Assembly: GCA_965208325.1 (NCBI GenBank)
Contig: OZ242326.1
Location: 3,520,001-3,584,000 of the forward strand
Reading direction: 5' to 3'
DNA from: Candidatus Poribacteria bacterium
GTDB lineage: Bacteria; Poribacteria; WGA-4E; PCPOR2b
Length of the DNA stretch: 64,000 nucleotides
The position numbers and the translations under genes are program-made. This document shows positions 16,906-29,528 of this stretch, piece after piece (position 1 is the stretch's first letter; every line of letters starts with the position of its first letter). A model generated the notes under the pieces. The model made no database searches. It saw only the letters and a program-made list of their open reading frames with translations, and had not been told where the DNA came from.

Positions 16906-19578
16906 TTATTTGAGGATAACCATACGTCTTGCAGCGGAGGAGTCTGCTGTGTCGAGCTTATAGAAGTATGGACTACTACTGACTCGCTCGCCGCGGTCAT
17001 TCCGTCCATCCCAATAGGCGGCTTTCGCCCGAGTCAGATAAGAACCAGCGGCTTGATTCCCCAGTTGGAGTGTACGTATACTGCGTCCGGATGCGTCATA
17101 AATGGTAATGGACACATCGGACGACTCCGCTAGCTGATACGGAATCCATGTTTCAGGATTGAACGGATTTGGGTAATTCTGAAGCACTTGAGTCGTCATC
17201 GGCACCAAGTTGGCAAGCGTCGAATGCAGTGTTGAGTAAGCCCGCCGCATATCCTCCAGCGTAACCAGTTTATCTACCTTTCCAATTGGTTCGCCTGAAG
17301 TGACATCTGTCACAGTCAAACGCAGTGTATCTCCAACGTGGACTAATGGGTTCCGGTTCATATCGGCGAAACCTAACGTCAATCGGGCCCCTGATTCCAC
17401 GTTCGCGGTTGTAAGCAGGTTGTTCGTTCTGAGGTTTTTCACGGAAACATGGTAAGGTCCAGGGTAACCTTCTCCGTCTATCACGCCGTCGACAACAAAT
17501 GCCCATAGATTTTGCGGTATCGGCGTTGCCGATGGGGCTGCGATACCTTCCGCGTCCGGTGAATCGCTCCAGCCTGCTCCCGTGAACTTGACATCGCCGC
17601 CATTAGGCGTATTGACGATATAACCGCGTCCGCCCTCAATCTGAAATCCGTCGCCCGGCGTGTCACGAGTCCATGAGACGAATCTGCCTTCGTCAGAGAT
17701 ACTGATTATCATCGTCGCGTTGATAAATTCCATGAAACTTTGAGCGGTAAACGGTTCCAATGGACGCAAAGGCGGTGAAATAATGTTCAAGCCGTTGTTT
17801 AGGGGCACCGTAAACGAGAGTTTGCCGGTAGCTTCCTCCGGCAAAACGACATCTTCAACAGAACCATCCAGTGTACTGACCATGGTCGCTAGATTGTTTG
17901 TAGCGCGGTGAAAAAACGGCGGCCAAAAACGTCTAACAGCTTGAACCTTTTCAATCTCTTGCGTCACGGGTGCCGATTCACCCATTGTCAGGAGAATAAA
18001 TGCGACGCGAAAATCCTTTTGGGAGGAATCAGCATGTGGAATTCGCTCTCCGTTTGCTGCAACTATGCCTTCAATGGTAACTTCCTCTTTCTCGCCGCGA
18101 AATGAAACGTCTGCCATGGGGTTCAAAAATCGCAAATTACCCCACAAAGACGGATCGTCGAACGGAGGTGGAATATCTATATCATGGGCGTTAACAACTA
18201 GGAACGTCGGAGGAACCTCCTCCGGCCTCAATAAGCCCATCAAATATAAATCGAGTGGACCGAATATGTCCTTCGGGTCTAAAGTAGTGAAAGTCCCATC
18301 GCCATTATCGCGAATATCGTTGCCGCCCATAACCGAGCCACCGGTATGCAGGAAGAAGTTCCAATGCGTGAAGCCGCGTCCTAACAACTGGGTTGGGTTT
18401 AAATCAACTGCCCATCCATGTCCGAACTCGTGCAAAACGACACTCAAAGTTGATGTCGCGGAACCGCTGACGTTCTCCAATGGATTGTCAGACCATACCT
18501 TTAAATTCTTCATCACGAGAAAAGTCCTCAACCTGCCCTGACTCCCGTAATCATCGGTATGATCGAAGATAGGAAAAATGCCCTTGCCGGAATAGACGCT
18601 GCCAATTCCCAACACATCATTTTTGACGGGAACGGCAAAGGCGAGGACGCGAAAGATGTCTAAATCCGATTCAAAATTGGTGAAGAGAACCAAGCTATCA
18701 AAATCGTCGCCGTGGCTTTTATAAAACTCTCGTGCAACATTTTGGATGTTGACTGTCGCTTTGTCCACGAAAACTTCGGCGATGGCGCCTGCCGATCTTT
18801 CAAACGGCAAATCGTCGGAATAGTCGACCAAAGCTGTCTGTGAGGCGTCGTTAAGCCCCCCGGGGGACAATCCCACAATTCCTGTTCGGACTCTAGACGA
18901 TTCGAATCGGATGTCGATGACGCCCGTATCGAACAGAACTACCTGCATTGTAACTTGTGAGTCAATAGCTTCAAACGTCGGAACATTGAACCAAGTGATT
19001 GTAATTTGGCCCGGAGAATCTTTAACTTCGACCGCGGTCGCTTCCTCACTAAAGGGCACTGACGATCCAGGGTTCAAATCCGCATACAGCGCACCAATGC
19101 GAGGCGGTCCCCCCAAGAAGTTTTGCAAATCCCTAGCACGCGGATTGGTGTCGCCTGTACCGAATGTGAAGTTTCCATCGGAGTTAACGAAGACATCGGT
19201 ATATGCTTGTCCGAAAAATGTGAACGGGAATCCGATGGCAATCTTTCTGCTGTCGTCATCGGTCAAATCCAATACTTGGCCGAAAGCGGCTTCAAATTCA
19301 ACCTCGTCGGGTCTGGACACATCGTATCCGCCCGCAGCATTGGGGGTAAACCGCAAGCTACTATTCGCTAAATCGAAAAAGTTTGTGGGTTGGACGAGGT
19401 GTTCGTTGCCCTGAATGACTACCACGTGACCTACATCAGTGGATGTTGATGGGAAGCTGACTTCTCGCGCAGCGTTTATTTTTAGCTGTTGATACGGCGA
19501 ATCACCCGGTCTTGCTTGGGTTTCAAGACTGACAAGAATTAAAAGTGTTGTGCTGAAAAGCGCTAGTCTTAACTTCAT
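16906..19578 (-). CDS. secreted multidomain protein: NIDO-like region, HEXXH metallopeptidase, C-terminal FlgD-Ig/T9SS-like sorting domain
   Basis: Signal peptide, VNSDGNFTFG, HEFGH, GPLDLYLMG, QNYPNPFNPETWIPYQL...YWDGRNDRGERVSS. Confidence 0.8.
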   Translation of the reverse strand: MKLRLALFSTTLLILVSLETQARPGDSPYQQLKINAAREVSFPSTSTDVGHVVVIQGNEHLVQPTNFFDLANSSLRFTPNAAGGYDVSRPDEVEFEAAFGQVLDLTDDDSRKIAIGFPFTFFGQAYTDVFVNSDGNFTFGTGDTNPRARDLQNFLGGPPRIGALYADLNPGSSVPFSEEATAVEVKDSPGQITITWFNVPTFEAIDSQVTMQVVLFDTGVIDIRFESSRVRTGIVGLSPGGLNDASQTALVDYSDDLPFERSAGAIAEVFVDKATVNIQNVAREFYKSHGDDFDSLVLFTNFESDLDIFRVLAFAVPVKNDVLGIGSVYSGKGIFPIFDHTDDYGSQGRLRTFLVMKNLKVWSDNPLENVSGSATSTLSVVLHEFGHGWAVDLNPTQLLGRGFTHWNFFLHTGGSVMGGNDIRDNGDGTFTTLDPKDIFGPLDLYLMGLLRPEEVPPTFLVVNAHDIDIPPPFDDPSLWGNLRFLNPMADVSFRGEKEEVTIEGIVAANGERIPHADSSQKDFRVAFILLTMGESAPVTQEIEKVQAVRRFWPPFFHRATNNLATMVSTLDGSVEDVVLPEEATGKLSFTVPLNNGLNIISPPLRPLEPFTAQSFMEFINATMIISISDEGRFVSWTRDTPGDGFQIEGGRGYIVNTPNGGDVKFTGAGWSDSPDAEGIAAPSATPIPQNLWAFVVDGVIDGEGYPGPYHVSVKNLRTNNLLTTANVESGARLTLGFADMNRNPLVHVGDTLRLTVTDVTSGEPIGKVDKLVTLEDMRRAYSTLHSTLANLVPMTTQVLQNYPNPFNPETWIPYQLAESSDVSITIYDASGRSIRTLQLGNQAAGSYLTRAKAAYWDGRNDRGERVSSSPYFYKLDTADSSAARRMVILK

Positions 19579-19792
19579 GAATGTATTTTTCCTTAATTTT
19601 TTGCGGTTAATTCAAGATTTGTTCCACAGCAACCAGCCTTAGAATCCATTGCTAGATTCAGCAGAATCTTCACGAATTTGGTATAACGAGAATCCTTCCG
19701 TAAACCGAAATTTTCAATTCAACACTCTACCGCAATACGCACATGGCGCGGCGGCACATTGCCTTATGCAAGGTCGTAAAAAATTGCAAACC

Positions 19793-19821
19793 ATTATATT
19801 CCGCGATGCTAGAGATGTCAA
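19793..19821 (-). promoter_or_regulatory. consensus sigma70 promoter
   Basis: TTGACA-N17-TATAAT, perfect match on the minus strand. Confidence 0.75.
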
Positions 19822-20085
19822 GACGTTTTTCCATTGTGCAATTCAACCTTCAAGCATCATTCGGTGGGTAAGCGAACTTCATCTGAAGGAAAAGAGGGGC
19901 TTCACCGATGGAAAGCATGGCAACTGTAGATGGCGCCATTTACGTGAACGCTCTACATTCTCTTTTGATGCCGTACTTGAACGTTTGGTAAAGTTTGCAG
20001 GTAGGTACAACCTCGGTATCGGTAGATTGTGGTAGAGAGTGGAGGGAGTCTATGGTGGGTAATATGGAATTGGTTTAAGCGGGAC

Positions 20086-20944
20086 TTATTTTAGCACTTG
20101 GCACTGAGGGCAGTAATATGTTGACCTCTGCTTTTGCACGATACGCTCAATGGCAGATTTGAACGTTGGGCAGGGTTTACCCTCTTTCCCATATACATAG
20201 TGTAAACCTTGGGACTGTGCCGTACCAACAGCGGTTTGGTAATTGGCTACGGTAACTCCATTTTGCTCAAAGGCACGTCTTAAAATTATACTGACTGACT
20301 GTCCCAAGCATTTCTTCTCTGAACTCGAGAGCTCATTTGCGAATGTGTTTGGGTCTAGTTTCGCTAAAAACAAAATTTCTGATTTATATACGTTACCTAT
20401 TTCTGCAACCAGCCGTGAAGAAATTAGAATTTCTCCTAACGGCTTTGTCTGATTTATGGGCAAACTCAAAAGCTGTTCAAACTGCTCCTGAGGGAAGTGC
20501 TCTTGTAAACCGTTTATACCGAGGGTTTTCACGCTAGGAACTTGTTCCAATAGTTCTTGCTCAGAGCTAAATACTTGAAACCGCCCAAAATTTCGCATAT
20601 CATCAAAAATAGCTCTCATGCCGCCATCGAAATCCAAAACCACTTTCGCATAGTTTGAGGGTATCTCACTTGACAGATCTTTTGCCGGTTTCTCAATGGT
20701 CCACACGCCGGTCATTCCAAGGTGGGCTAGCGCGAGAAAACGCTCGAACCACCAGATTAGGAATTTTCCGCGGCGTTCGAGGCGTTCAAGGGTTTTTCTT
20801 TAGAAGTAAACCCAATTTGCCTTGTTGCTCTTGATAGCGTCGGTATTTTAAGGCTAGTGGGGTAAAAGCTACTTTCTGAAGTCGTTTTTTCTCAAGAACC
20901 AGCAAATCGCGCCGGTGCCGCTCAACCTCAGGACCTTCAGGCAT
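20086..20944 (-). pseudogene. mutM: Fpg/Nei DNA glycosylase, frameshifted
   Basis: MPEGPEV start at 20944; one extra A in the A5 run at 20793-20797 separates it from RRGKFL..HLGMTG, DMRNFG, IGNVYKSEILF; zinc finger degenerate (CPTF...CPQC). Confidence 0.8.
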
Positions 20945-21374
20945 AATTTTTAATTTATTAGGAACGTTAATTGACTCTGGCACAGAAACATCTAACAAGC
21001 AGCACCTCCTCGTAGCTGCTTTTCTCATACACGCTCGTGGTAACTGGCCAGATTGAAATTGAGGTCGTCAGAAGCGGCGGGTTGAATGCTGCAGCGTTGG
21101 CGGAGACTACATTCTGCCAAATAACGTCTCGCTTAAAACATGGCAGTGAGCGGAGTAACTTCAAAAAAACCCGATGTCCGAGAAGAATTATAGTTTCTCG
21201 GCGGAAACTCTGCCTTCACAGAAGCGAAGAGAATCGCCCTGACTTTACGGGTTATTTCCGAAGATGAGGCATAATCCGACCTAGTCAAAAATTTTGCCGA
21301 TTGTAAGACCGCCGCAAACCAGACTAAATCAACCCGTTAAAGGTTGTTCGATCGATACAAAACTAAAATTGCGA

Positions 21375-21719
<345 letters not shown>

Positions 21720-21755
21720 TTACTCCTTCGTCCAAAGCGATTTTGGTAAGTTTAG

Positions 21756-21787
21756 CAAGCCCCGATTCGTTTTCCAATCGGGGCTTG
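21756..21787. other. 12-bp stem hairpin between glnA and glnB
   Basis: caagccccgatt-N8-aatcggggcttg; no clear U-tract on the coding strand. Confidence 0.6.
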
Positions 21788-21796
21788 GGTTTCTGA

Positions 21797-23215
21797 TTAA
21801 ATATCGTGGTAAAGATGGAATTCGTATGGATGTGGACGTAAATTAATCGCATCGACTTCGTTTTCATGCTTATACGCTATCCACGAATCAATCACGTCCT
21901 GAGTAAACACATCACCTTTGAGGAGATACTCGTGATCGTCTTCCAAGGCGTCAAGTGCTTCCGACAAGGAACTTGGGGTGGAATCAATGGCAGCCATATC
22001 CTCCGGTTCGAGATCGTACAAATCTTTATCGACAGGATTTCCCGGGTGAATCTTATTCTGGATTCCATCAAGGCCTGCCATCAGTAAGGCACTGAAAGCG
22101 AGATATGGATTGCAAGATGGATCTGGCGTTCGGAATTCAACGCGTTTTGCCTTCGGGTTCTTGTGATATATTGGGATTCGGACACATGCGCTTCGATTCC
22201 GTTGAGAATACGCAATATTGACGGGTGCTTCAAATCCCGGCACCAATCTTTTGTAAGAATTTGTCGTTGGTGCAATCAGCGCACATAATGATTGTGCGTG
22301 TTTGAGCAGCCCACCGATATAATATAACGCCGTTTCACTCAAAAGCGCATAACCTTGCGCATCAAAGAAAATGTTTTGATTGTCCCTCCATAAACTCTGG
22401 TGGATGTGCATGCCCGAACCATTGTCTTCAAAGAGCGGCTTCGGCATAAAGGTTGCCGTCAGATTGTGTTCGCGAGCAGTGTTCTTGATGATGTATTTAT
22501 ACAGTGCCAGCTTATCGCCCATCCGTGCCAAGGTATCGTACCGCATGTCGATTTCACCCTGTCCACCTGTACCTACTTCGTGATGATGAACCTCCACATC
22601 AATCCCGCATTCAATCATCTTGAGGATAATTTCAGAACGAACATCTTGCAGCGTATCGGATGGAGGTACCGGGAAATACCCTTCTTTATAACGGGGCTTG
22701 TATCCAAGATTAGGCCCTTCATCGCGTCCTGTATTCCAGCTTCCCTCGACTGAATCGACAAAGTAATATCCCGAGTGATGATCTTGGCCATAACGGATAT
22801 CATTTAGGAGATAAAACTCCGCTTCGGGCCCCCAGAAACTAGTGTCGGCAATTCCTGTCGATTGTAAATATGCTTCCGCCTTCTGGGCGACGTGCCGTAC
22901 ATCGCGTGAATAACTTTCCAGCGTCACCGGATCCTTAATATTGCAGACAAGACTCAACGTATCAATCTTACAAGCTGGATCAACTATTGCTGTTGCAGGA
23001 TCTGGAAAGAGCAGCATATCGCTTTCGTGAATCTGTTGAAACCCACGAATACTTGAACCATCAAAGCCTACGCCGTCTTCAAACAAATCTTCGGTTAATT
23101 CCGATATTGGCATCGAAAAGTGCTGCCACATACCTGGCAAATCCATGAATTTGAAATCAACAATCTTCAGTTCCTTTTCTTTTGCAAAAGCAATCACTTC
23201 ACTCGTTGTCATCAA
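21797..23215 (-). CDS. glnA: type I glutamine synthetase
   Basis: FDGSSIRGF, HHHEV, TFMPKP, NGSGMH, NRSACVRIP, adenylylation loop DKDLYDL. Confidence 0.98.
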   Translation of the reverse strand: MMTTSEVIAFAKEKELKIVDFKFMDLPGMWQHFSMPISELTEDLFEDGVGFDGSSIRGFQQIHESDMLLFPDPATAIVDPACKIDTLSLVCNIKDPVTLESYSRDVRHVAQKAEAYLQSTGIADTSFWGPEAEFYLLNDIRYGQDHHSGYYFVDSVEGSWNTGRDEGPNLGYKPRYKEGYFPVPPSDTLQDVRSEIILKMIECGIDVEVHHHEVGTGGQGEIDMRYDTLARMGDKLALYKYIIKNTAREHNLTATFMPKPLFEDNGSGMHIHQSLWRDNQNIFFDAQGYALLSETALYYIGGLLKHAQSLCALIAPTTNSYKRLVPGFEAPVNIAYSQRNRSACVRIPIYHKNPKAKRVEFRTPDPSCNPYLAFSALLMAGLDGIQNKIHPGNPVDKDLYDLEPEDMAAIDSTPSSLSEALDALEDDHEYLLKGDVFTQDVIDSWIAYKHENEVDAINLRPHPYEFHLYHDI

Positions 23216-23458
23216 AAATCCTCCGCAAATGATTCAGAAGTAGTGATAAAATCAATTCTTAATTGAAACTGTCCGACGTTAATGAAACAGAATCAATCAG
23301 AGCAAACTAATACAGGGTTCTATGACTAAAATTTTTCTTCGCCGGGTTGAGCGGCAATGACTACCAATTTAGAGATTTTGTAGACTTGATCTTAATTAAA
23401 ATCAGGTAACGTTTACGCTATTTTCCCGACAGAAACATGGACAAATACTTGAAACATG

Positions 23459-23475
23459 AGCAAGTGTTATGCCAA
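23459..23475 (-). promoter_or_regulatory. sigma54 (-24/-12) promoter of glnA-glnB
   Basis: TTGGCATAACACTTGCT matches TGGCAC-N5-TTGC. Confidence 0.8.
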
Positions 23476-23692
23476 CTTTCAGAACAGATCGAGTTACCTG
23501 ACGACAATTGCAAGCGAATAACTGAAATGTGTGATTCGAGACTTCACAATGCGTTGAAACCGTGTCCACCAAGTCACATCTACGCGACAGCACAATGCAC
23601 CCACTAAAAATTTTTGAAAAATTGTTGCTGCTGAAAATTATAGCACTATTGCTTAAGGTTTCAGCATTCTGATCCGTTGCTGTAGTCGGCTG

Positions 23693-24268
23693 CTAACTGG
23701 TCAAATCTTCACCAAAACGACTTGCTTCCGGTTCAATCTGCCCTGCATATTTGTTCCCCGGTTTCTGGCGATATGGTACTTTTGCAGGGGAAGATAACAT
23801 TTCAAACGTAAACGCGCAAATCCGCATGCCAGGATAGAGTCTAACTGGCATGCGTCCAAGATTGCCAAGTTCTAAGGTTGCTGTACCGACCCAGCCGGGA
23901 TCAAATAGTCCTGCGGTGCTGTGAACAATAATGCCGATTCGACCAATGCTGCTTCTCCCTTCCAGCCGCGCCATCACGTCGTCTGCCAGTTCAAGGGTTT
24001 CGAGCGTCGCAGCAAGGACAAATTCATCCGGCTGTACGGTAAATGCCTCTCCGTCAGGCACCTCAACTTTGTGCATCAATCCATTAATGTCAATCCCAGA
24101 TTGGAAATCAATATATGGATATTTGCTATGTTCAAATACACGAAATGTATTTCCCAACCTAAAATCAACAGAACAGGAACCCAAGTGTTTCGTGAGGTCC
24201 GGAGCAGGCGTAATTTTGATTTTCCCTTTCTCCAAATATCTTAAGATATCCTGATCCGATAGAACCAT
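23693..24268 (-). CDS. dcd: dCTP deaminase
   Basis: LSDQDI, SVDFRLG, EGRSSIGRIG, DPGW.G..TLE. Confidence 0.95.
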   Translation of the reverse strand: MVLSDQDILRYLEKGKIKITPAPDLTKHLGSCSVDFRLGNTFRVFEHSKYPYIDFQSGIDINGLMHKVEVPDGEAFTVQPDEFVLAATLETLELADDVMARLEGRSSIGRIGIIVHSTAGLFDPGWVGTATLELGNLGRMPVRLYPGMRICAFTFEMLSSPAKVPYRQKPGNKYAGQIEPEASRFGEDLTS

Positions 24269-24844
24269 TAGTGTACCTCTGTATCAGCCGGTGCATCAAC
24301 TGCGTGTCGATTATCCAAAAAAACTCGGTGGCCACCTTTAGATATTTTACGCTATTAAACTCCTGGCTAAATAAACAATGAGCATTAAACCCACTTTACG
24401 GCACGATAAGACTTAATTGCAATGCCGATTTCGAAGATTGTAGGCATGCTTTCACTCGGAAAGCTGATTGGATTAGAAACACATTTACGACATTTTTATC
24501 ATTATATCAAATTTTAAAGCAAGTGTCACGTTTTTTTAATCGAAGAGAAAACACAAACTATTATCATCTATAACGATCTATGGGTTATGAAGTTTAGGTG
24601 AATTGGTAATGATAAAGATGGAAGGATGGGATAGAACGAATGGAGTTCTTTCACCCTTATTGAAGGCCGCGCTCGATTGGCGTTTGGGATAATATGAAAC
24701 TCTGCTCCAGGAATTATTCATCACCTTTCCAAGGATCTTCTACCTTTTCGCTGTACATTATATCGAAGCTGTGATAGACTTTTTTAATCTTTCAGAACAA
24801 CTAGATTCGTCACGACAATCTCCGAAGTTTTTGGGAGGCAACCG

Positions 24845-25738
<894 letters not shown>

Positions 25739-26574
25739 GAAGAAAAAATTTATCCCGGAACGCGATGGCTGTGCAGTGCACGCATTTTGCTTTATATTTT
25801 CTCCCGTGTGTTTACCGAATGAAGTTGCCGATCTGAGGTTCATCCAAAACACCGCCCCCATTGAATTCCCGCAGTAGCAAGAGACCGTCCAATTGATTCT
25901 CGCAGAGACCGCCGAATTTAAGTATTTTTGACCTGATCAATTCGGTTATTTGAAACGTTCATCTCGACACGGGATTTCCCTCATTGCAATTTCACGCCAA
26001 GCTGTTCTCAATTCGGATTGAAAACTATCCAAGGATTGATTTGCCCCTAGTTTTTTGGACTACATCTTATCGGTATTAAGAACGTACTTTTAATTTTGAC
26101 TTGCTAGCTGTTGAGTTTACGGTATTGTCGTTTTAGCGTCAAAGAGCAATCATACCTACTCCATGTCCCGACGGATTTTAGCATTACGCTTGCATTTGGA
26201 ACGGTATTAGAAACTATTCCGAGACAGACTGTGTACATCATCAAAAGGGTGATGTTGCACATTCTGCTTCCCGGTTCCGCCCATTCTCACTGTTGCTTAA
26301 CCGAGAGACGAGGTAGCTCGATGCTTTTTTAAATAGATGGGGCCTGCCACAATTTGCCGCCGAGATGCTTCAGCTCAGCGACGTGTACATTGGATGCACT
26401 TTGGTGATATTTTTTCCAAGGGAAAAGAGAGTTATGGCGATATCACATTCATCAATGGGACGGCGGCTTCTTTCATGTTTCTTAGGATGTTTCTAGTATT
26501 GATTGATATAGGGATTTGTGTTAAAATGGCGGTCTGCAAAGAAGTGAAGGGTGTATATCTTGAGAAGGAATAAC

Positions 26575-27939
26575 ATGGCACCGAGGAAGAAACTGTTAAA
26601 ATTGGGAGGCGGCTCGGCCTGTCCGGGGGAAAGGATTGAGCCAGCGGTAGAACTAGTCGAAAAGGGCGGGATTGACTACATTGTGTTTGATTCCCTTTCA
26701 GAGAGTGAGATGCTAGCTTTTGAAAGACACAAATTGAGCCACCCTGATGAGGGATTCGATATTTACACGGAAAGACGGCTCAGGGCAATCTGGCCCATTT
26801 GCGCCCGCAAAGGGATAAAAATTATAGGCAACATGGGAGCCGCAAATCCCAAAGCGGCGCAGGATTTGGCGATTAGGGTGGCACGAGAATTAGGGCTTGG
26901 CGGTGTGAAGGTTGCTGTGGTATTAGGTGATGATGTTCTTTCGCTCGTCAAAGAACTCGATCTGAAGGTTAACGAGACTGAAAAGAGGATCAGTGAATTC
27001 GGCGACAGACTCATTGCGGCGCATGCCTACATACCCGCGGACCCTGTCGTGGAGGCTCTTGAAGCCGGGGCAGATCTCGTTATGACGGGAAGGGTCGGCG
27101 ATGCTTCATTGTACCTAGCGCCGATGATTTTTGAATTTGGCTGGCGTGAGGATGAGTGGGATTCATTCGCCAAGGGCATTATACTAGGGCACCTGTTTGA
27201 GTGCGCTGGACAGTTGACCGGCGGATATTTTGCAGATCCGCCTTACAAGGTTGTTCCCAATCTTTATCGCTTGGGTTTCCCCATCGCTGAGGTCGCCCCA
27301 AATGGCGATGCCATTATAACGAAAGTTCCGGGAAGCGGAGGGCTCGTGAGTCCGGCTACTTGTGCGGAGCAGATGTTATACGAGGTCGGCGACCCGACCA
27401 GATACATTGAGGCGGATGTAATCTCGGATTTTAGTGATATGGGTTTTGAGCAGATTGGTCCCGATAGAGTTGCAATCACCGGTGTTATCAAGGGAAACCC
27501 CAAACCCGAATTGCTGAAGGTCAACTTAGGCGTCAAAGACGGGTATAGAGCGGAAGGTACAATTTTCTACGCAGGCCCCGGTGCCTACGAAAGGGCTAAA
27601 CTAGCTGCGGATATCATCAAAAAGCGGTTGGAGTTGATTTCACATCTGAAGGCGGATGCGTTACGGTTCGACCTGTTGGGAATCAATTCACTGTATGGCT
27701 CCTCCGATGAAAAACCAGAAACTGTTCCGTGGGAAGTGGGGCTTCGCGTTGCAGGTAGAACTCGAGAAAGCGCTGAAGCTTGGAAGATAATGCATGAGAT
27801 AGAGACAATTGACAACAACGGTCCAGCTGCCATTGGCCGCGGTTTAAGGAAAGAGGACGTTACTGAGATTCTTGGTTACTATTCAACGTTCATACCGCGG
27901 GTTAAGGTTAAGACTGAAGTCTTGATTGAGGAGGCATAG
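26575..27939 (+). CDS. AtuA-family (DUF1446) acyclic terpene utilisation protein
   Basis: GNMGAANP, GRVGDASL, GHLFECAGQLTGGYF, EQMLYEVGDP. Confidence 0.85.
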   Translation: MAPRKKLLKLGGGSACPGERIEPAVELVEKGGIDYIVFDSLSESEMLAFERHKLSHPDEGFDIYTERRLRAIWPICARKGIKIIGNMGAANPKAAQDLAIRVARELGLGGVKVAVVLGDDVLSLVKELDLKVNETEKRISEFGDRLIAAHAYIPADPVVEALEAGADLVMTGRVGDASLYLAPMIFEFGWREDEWDSFAKGIILGHLFECAGQLTGGYFADPPYKVVPNLYRLGFPIAEVAPNGDAIITKVPGSGGLVSPATCAEQMLYEVGDPTRYIEADVISDFSDMGFEQIGPDRVAITGVIKGNPKPELLKVNLGVKDGYRAEGTIFYAGPGAYERAKLAADIIKKRLELISHLKADALRFDLLGINSLYGSSDEKPETVPWEVGLRVAGRTRESAEAWKIMHEIETIDNNGPAAIGRGLRKEDVTEILGYYSTFIPRVKVKTEVLIEEA

Positions 27940-27942
27940 CTC

Positions 27943-28263
27943 ATGGGGAAGGTCCAGTTGAGAGAAATCTGTCACGCAAGGTCCGGGGATAAGGGGAATA
28001 CCGCGAACATCGGTCTGATTGTATATGATGAACAACACTATGAATTGATTAAAAGAGAAGTAACCGCAGAACGGGTCAAGGTGTTTTTCAAAGGAACTGT
28101 GAAGGGCGAAGTGGAGAGATACGAACTGCCTCGGATGGGCGCACTCAACTTTGTGCTGCATCAGGCGTTGGATGGTGGATCCACCCGAACTCTCTCGTTC
28201 GATGTTTGTGGAAAAGCGCTGAGTTCCGTACTTTTAAGTCTTATAATTGAAACTTCGGTTTAA
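27943..28263 (+). CDS. small AtuA-associated protein
   Basis: HARSGDKGNTANIG, VERYELP, ALNFVL..ALDGG. Confidence 0.85.
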   Translation: MGKVQLREICHARSGDKGNTANIGLIVYDEQHYELIKREVTAERVKVFFKGTVKGEVERYELPRMGALNFVLHQALDGGSTRTLSFDVCGKALSSVLLSLIIETSV

Positions 28264-28311
28264 CCCGCATTAAATGGAATCACCAAGCTTTATGCTATGG
28301 GAGGTACAGCA

Positions 28312-29388
28312 ATGAAATTGGGTATGTTCATGATGCCCTTACATCCACCGGAAAAAGACCGAACTGAATGTTTTGAGGAAGATATCGAACTGGTAGTTCA
28401 TGCCGACGAGCTCGGATTCACCGATGTCTGGGTTGGTCAGCACCACTCGGCTGCTTGGGAACCCATACCTGCCAACGACATGTTCATTGCCCACATGCTA
28501 CCGCTCACGAAGAACATCCGTTTTGGTCCGGGTGTGGTGATCGTCCCCCACCATCATCCAGTCAATGTAGCAGTTCGTATTGCATACCTAGATCACTTAG
28601 CGCGCGGTCGTTTGAATTGCGGCTTTGGTCAAAGCGGCGTGCCGACCGATTGGGAATTGTTCGATTTGCCGGATCCAAGGACGCAGGGTCTGATGACGCT
28701 AGAGGGAATTGATATGGTCCTCAAATTATGGCAGGCCGAGGCGCCATTCGACTTCAAGGGTGATTTCTGGCGGATCCGAATCGAAAACCCAAATCCTGAA
28801 GTTGCCCTAGGGCCAATGCTTAAACCGTATCAGAAGCCTCACCCGCCAATCGCGATGAGCGTAGTTAAGGGAACGTCAATGGGAGCCCGAACGGCGGGTG
28901 AGCGCGGTTATATCCCGGTGAGCACAAATGTGGTACCGGCGGCTACGGTTGCCCAGCATTGGCAAACGTACTGCGCTGGCGCTGAAGGCGCCGGTCGTCC
29001 AAACCCTGACCGATCCATTTGGGGTGTATCGCGCAGCATCTTCGTAGGGGAATCAAAAAAGGAAGCTTGGGACTTCGCAGTCAACAGTACTTTCGGACGT
29101 TCATGGGACTACATGATTAAGATTGTCAAAGCAGCGAACCTGCTAGACATTATGAAAATGCATCCAGACATGCCCGATGATGAGGTCACTCCGGAATACG
29201 TCCTAAAGAACATATGTATTATCGGCGATGTAGCGGAATGCGTCCGTCAATTGGAAGATTTATGGGATGTGACCGGTGGTTTTGGTACACTGCTGATGAT
29301 TGCCCACGACTGGGACGACAAAGCGAGATGGATGCAATCCATGATGTTGCTGGCGGATGAGGTCATACCCGCATTGCCATCGGTCTAA
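28312..29388 (+). CDS. LLM-class (luciferase-like) flavin-dependent monooxygenase
   Basis: GMFMMPLHPP, ADELGF..VWVGQHH, HHPVNVA.RIAYLDHLARGR, PYQKPHPP. Confidence 0.9.
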   Translation: MKLGMFMMPLHPPEKDRTECFEEDIELVVHADELGFTDVWVGQHHSAAWEPIPANDMFIAHMLPLTKNIRFGPGVVIVPHHHPVNVAVRIAYLDHLARGRLNCGFGQSGVPTDWELFDLPDPRTQGLMTLEGIDMVLKLWQAEAPFDFKGDFWRIRIENPNPEVALGPMLKPYQKPHPPIAMSVVKGTSMGARTAGERGYIPVSTNVVPAATVAQHWQTYCAGAEGAGRPNPDRSIWGVSRSIFVGESKKEAWDFAVNSTFGRSWDYMIKIVKAANLLDIMKMHPDMPDDEVTPEYVLKNICIIGDVAECVRQLEDLWDVTGGFGTLLMIAHDWDDKARWMQSMMLLADEVIPALPSV

Positions 29389-29528
29389 ATTCATTTCATC
29401 GCTGTTTGCATCGTTTTGAGAAGCCTCACTGCATTTCTCAGAATGGCAGTTCAGAATCGAAGAAGACGCGTAACCTTGGAAGTTTCAATCTTAATTTGCC
29501 ATTGATTCTGGTTAAGGAGGTGTTTGGC

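Noticed and set aside
23216..23458. Glutamine riboswitch or NtrC sites upstream of glnA
   Set aside because: Could not match the glnA RNA motif or a full TGCAC-N7-GTGCA palindrome by eye
25740..26570. Small ORFs or ncRNA upstream of atuA
   Set aside because: No recognisable protein or RNA motif
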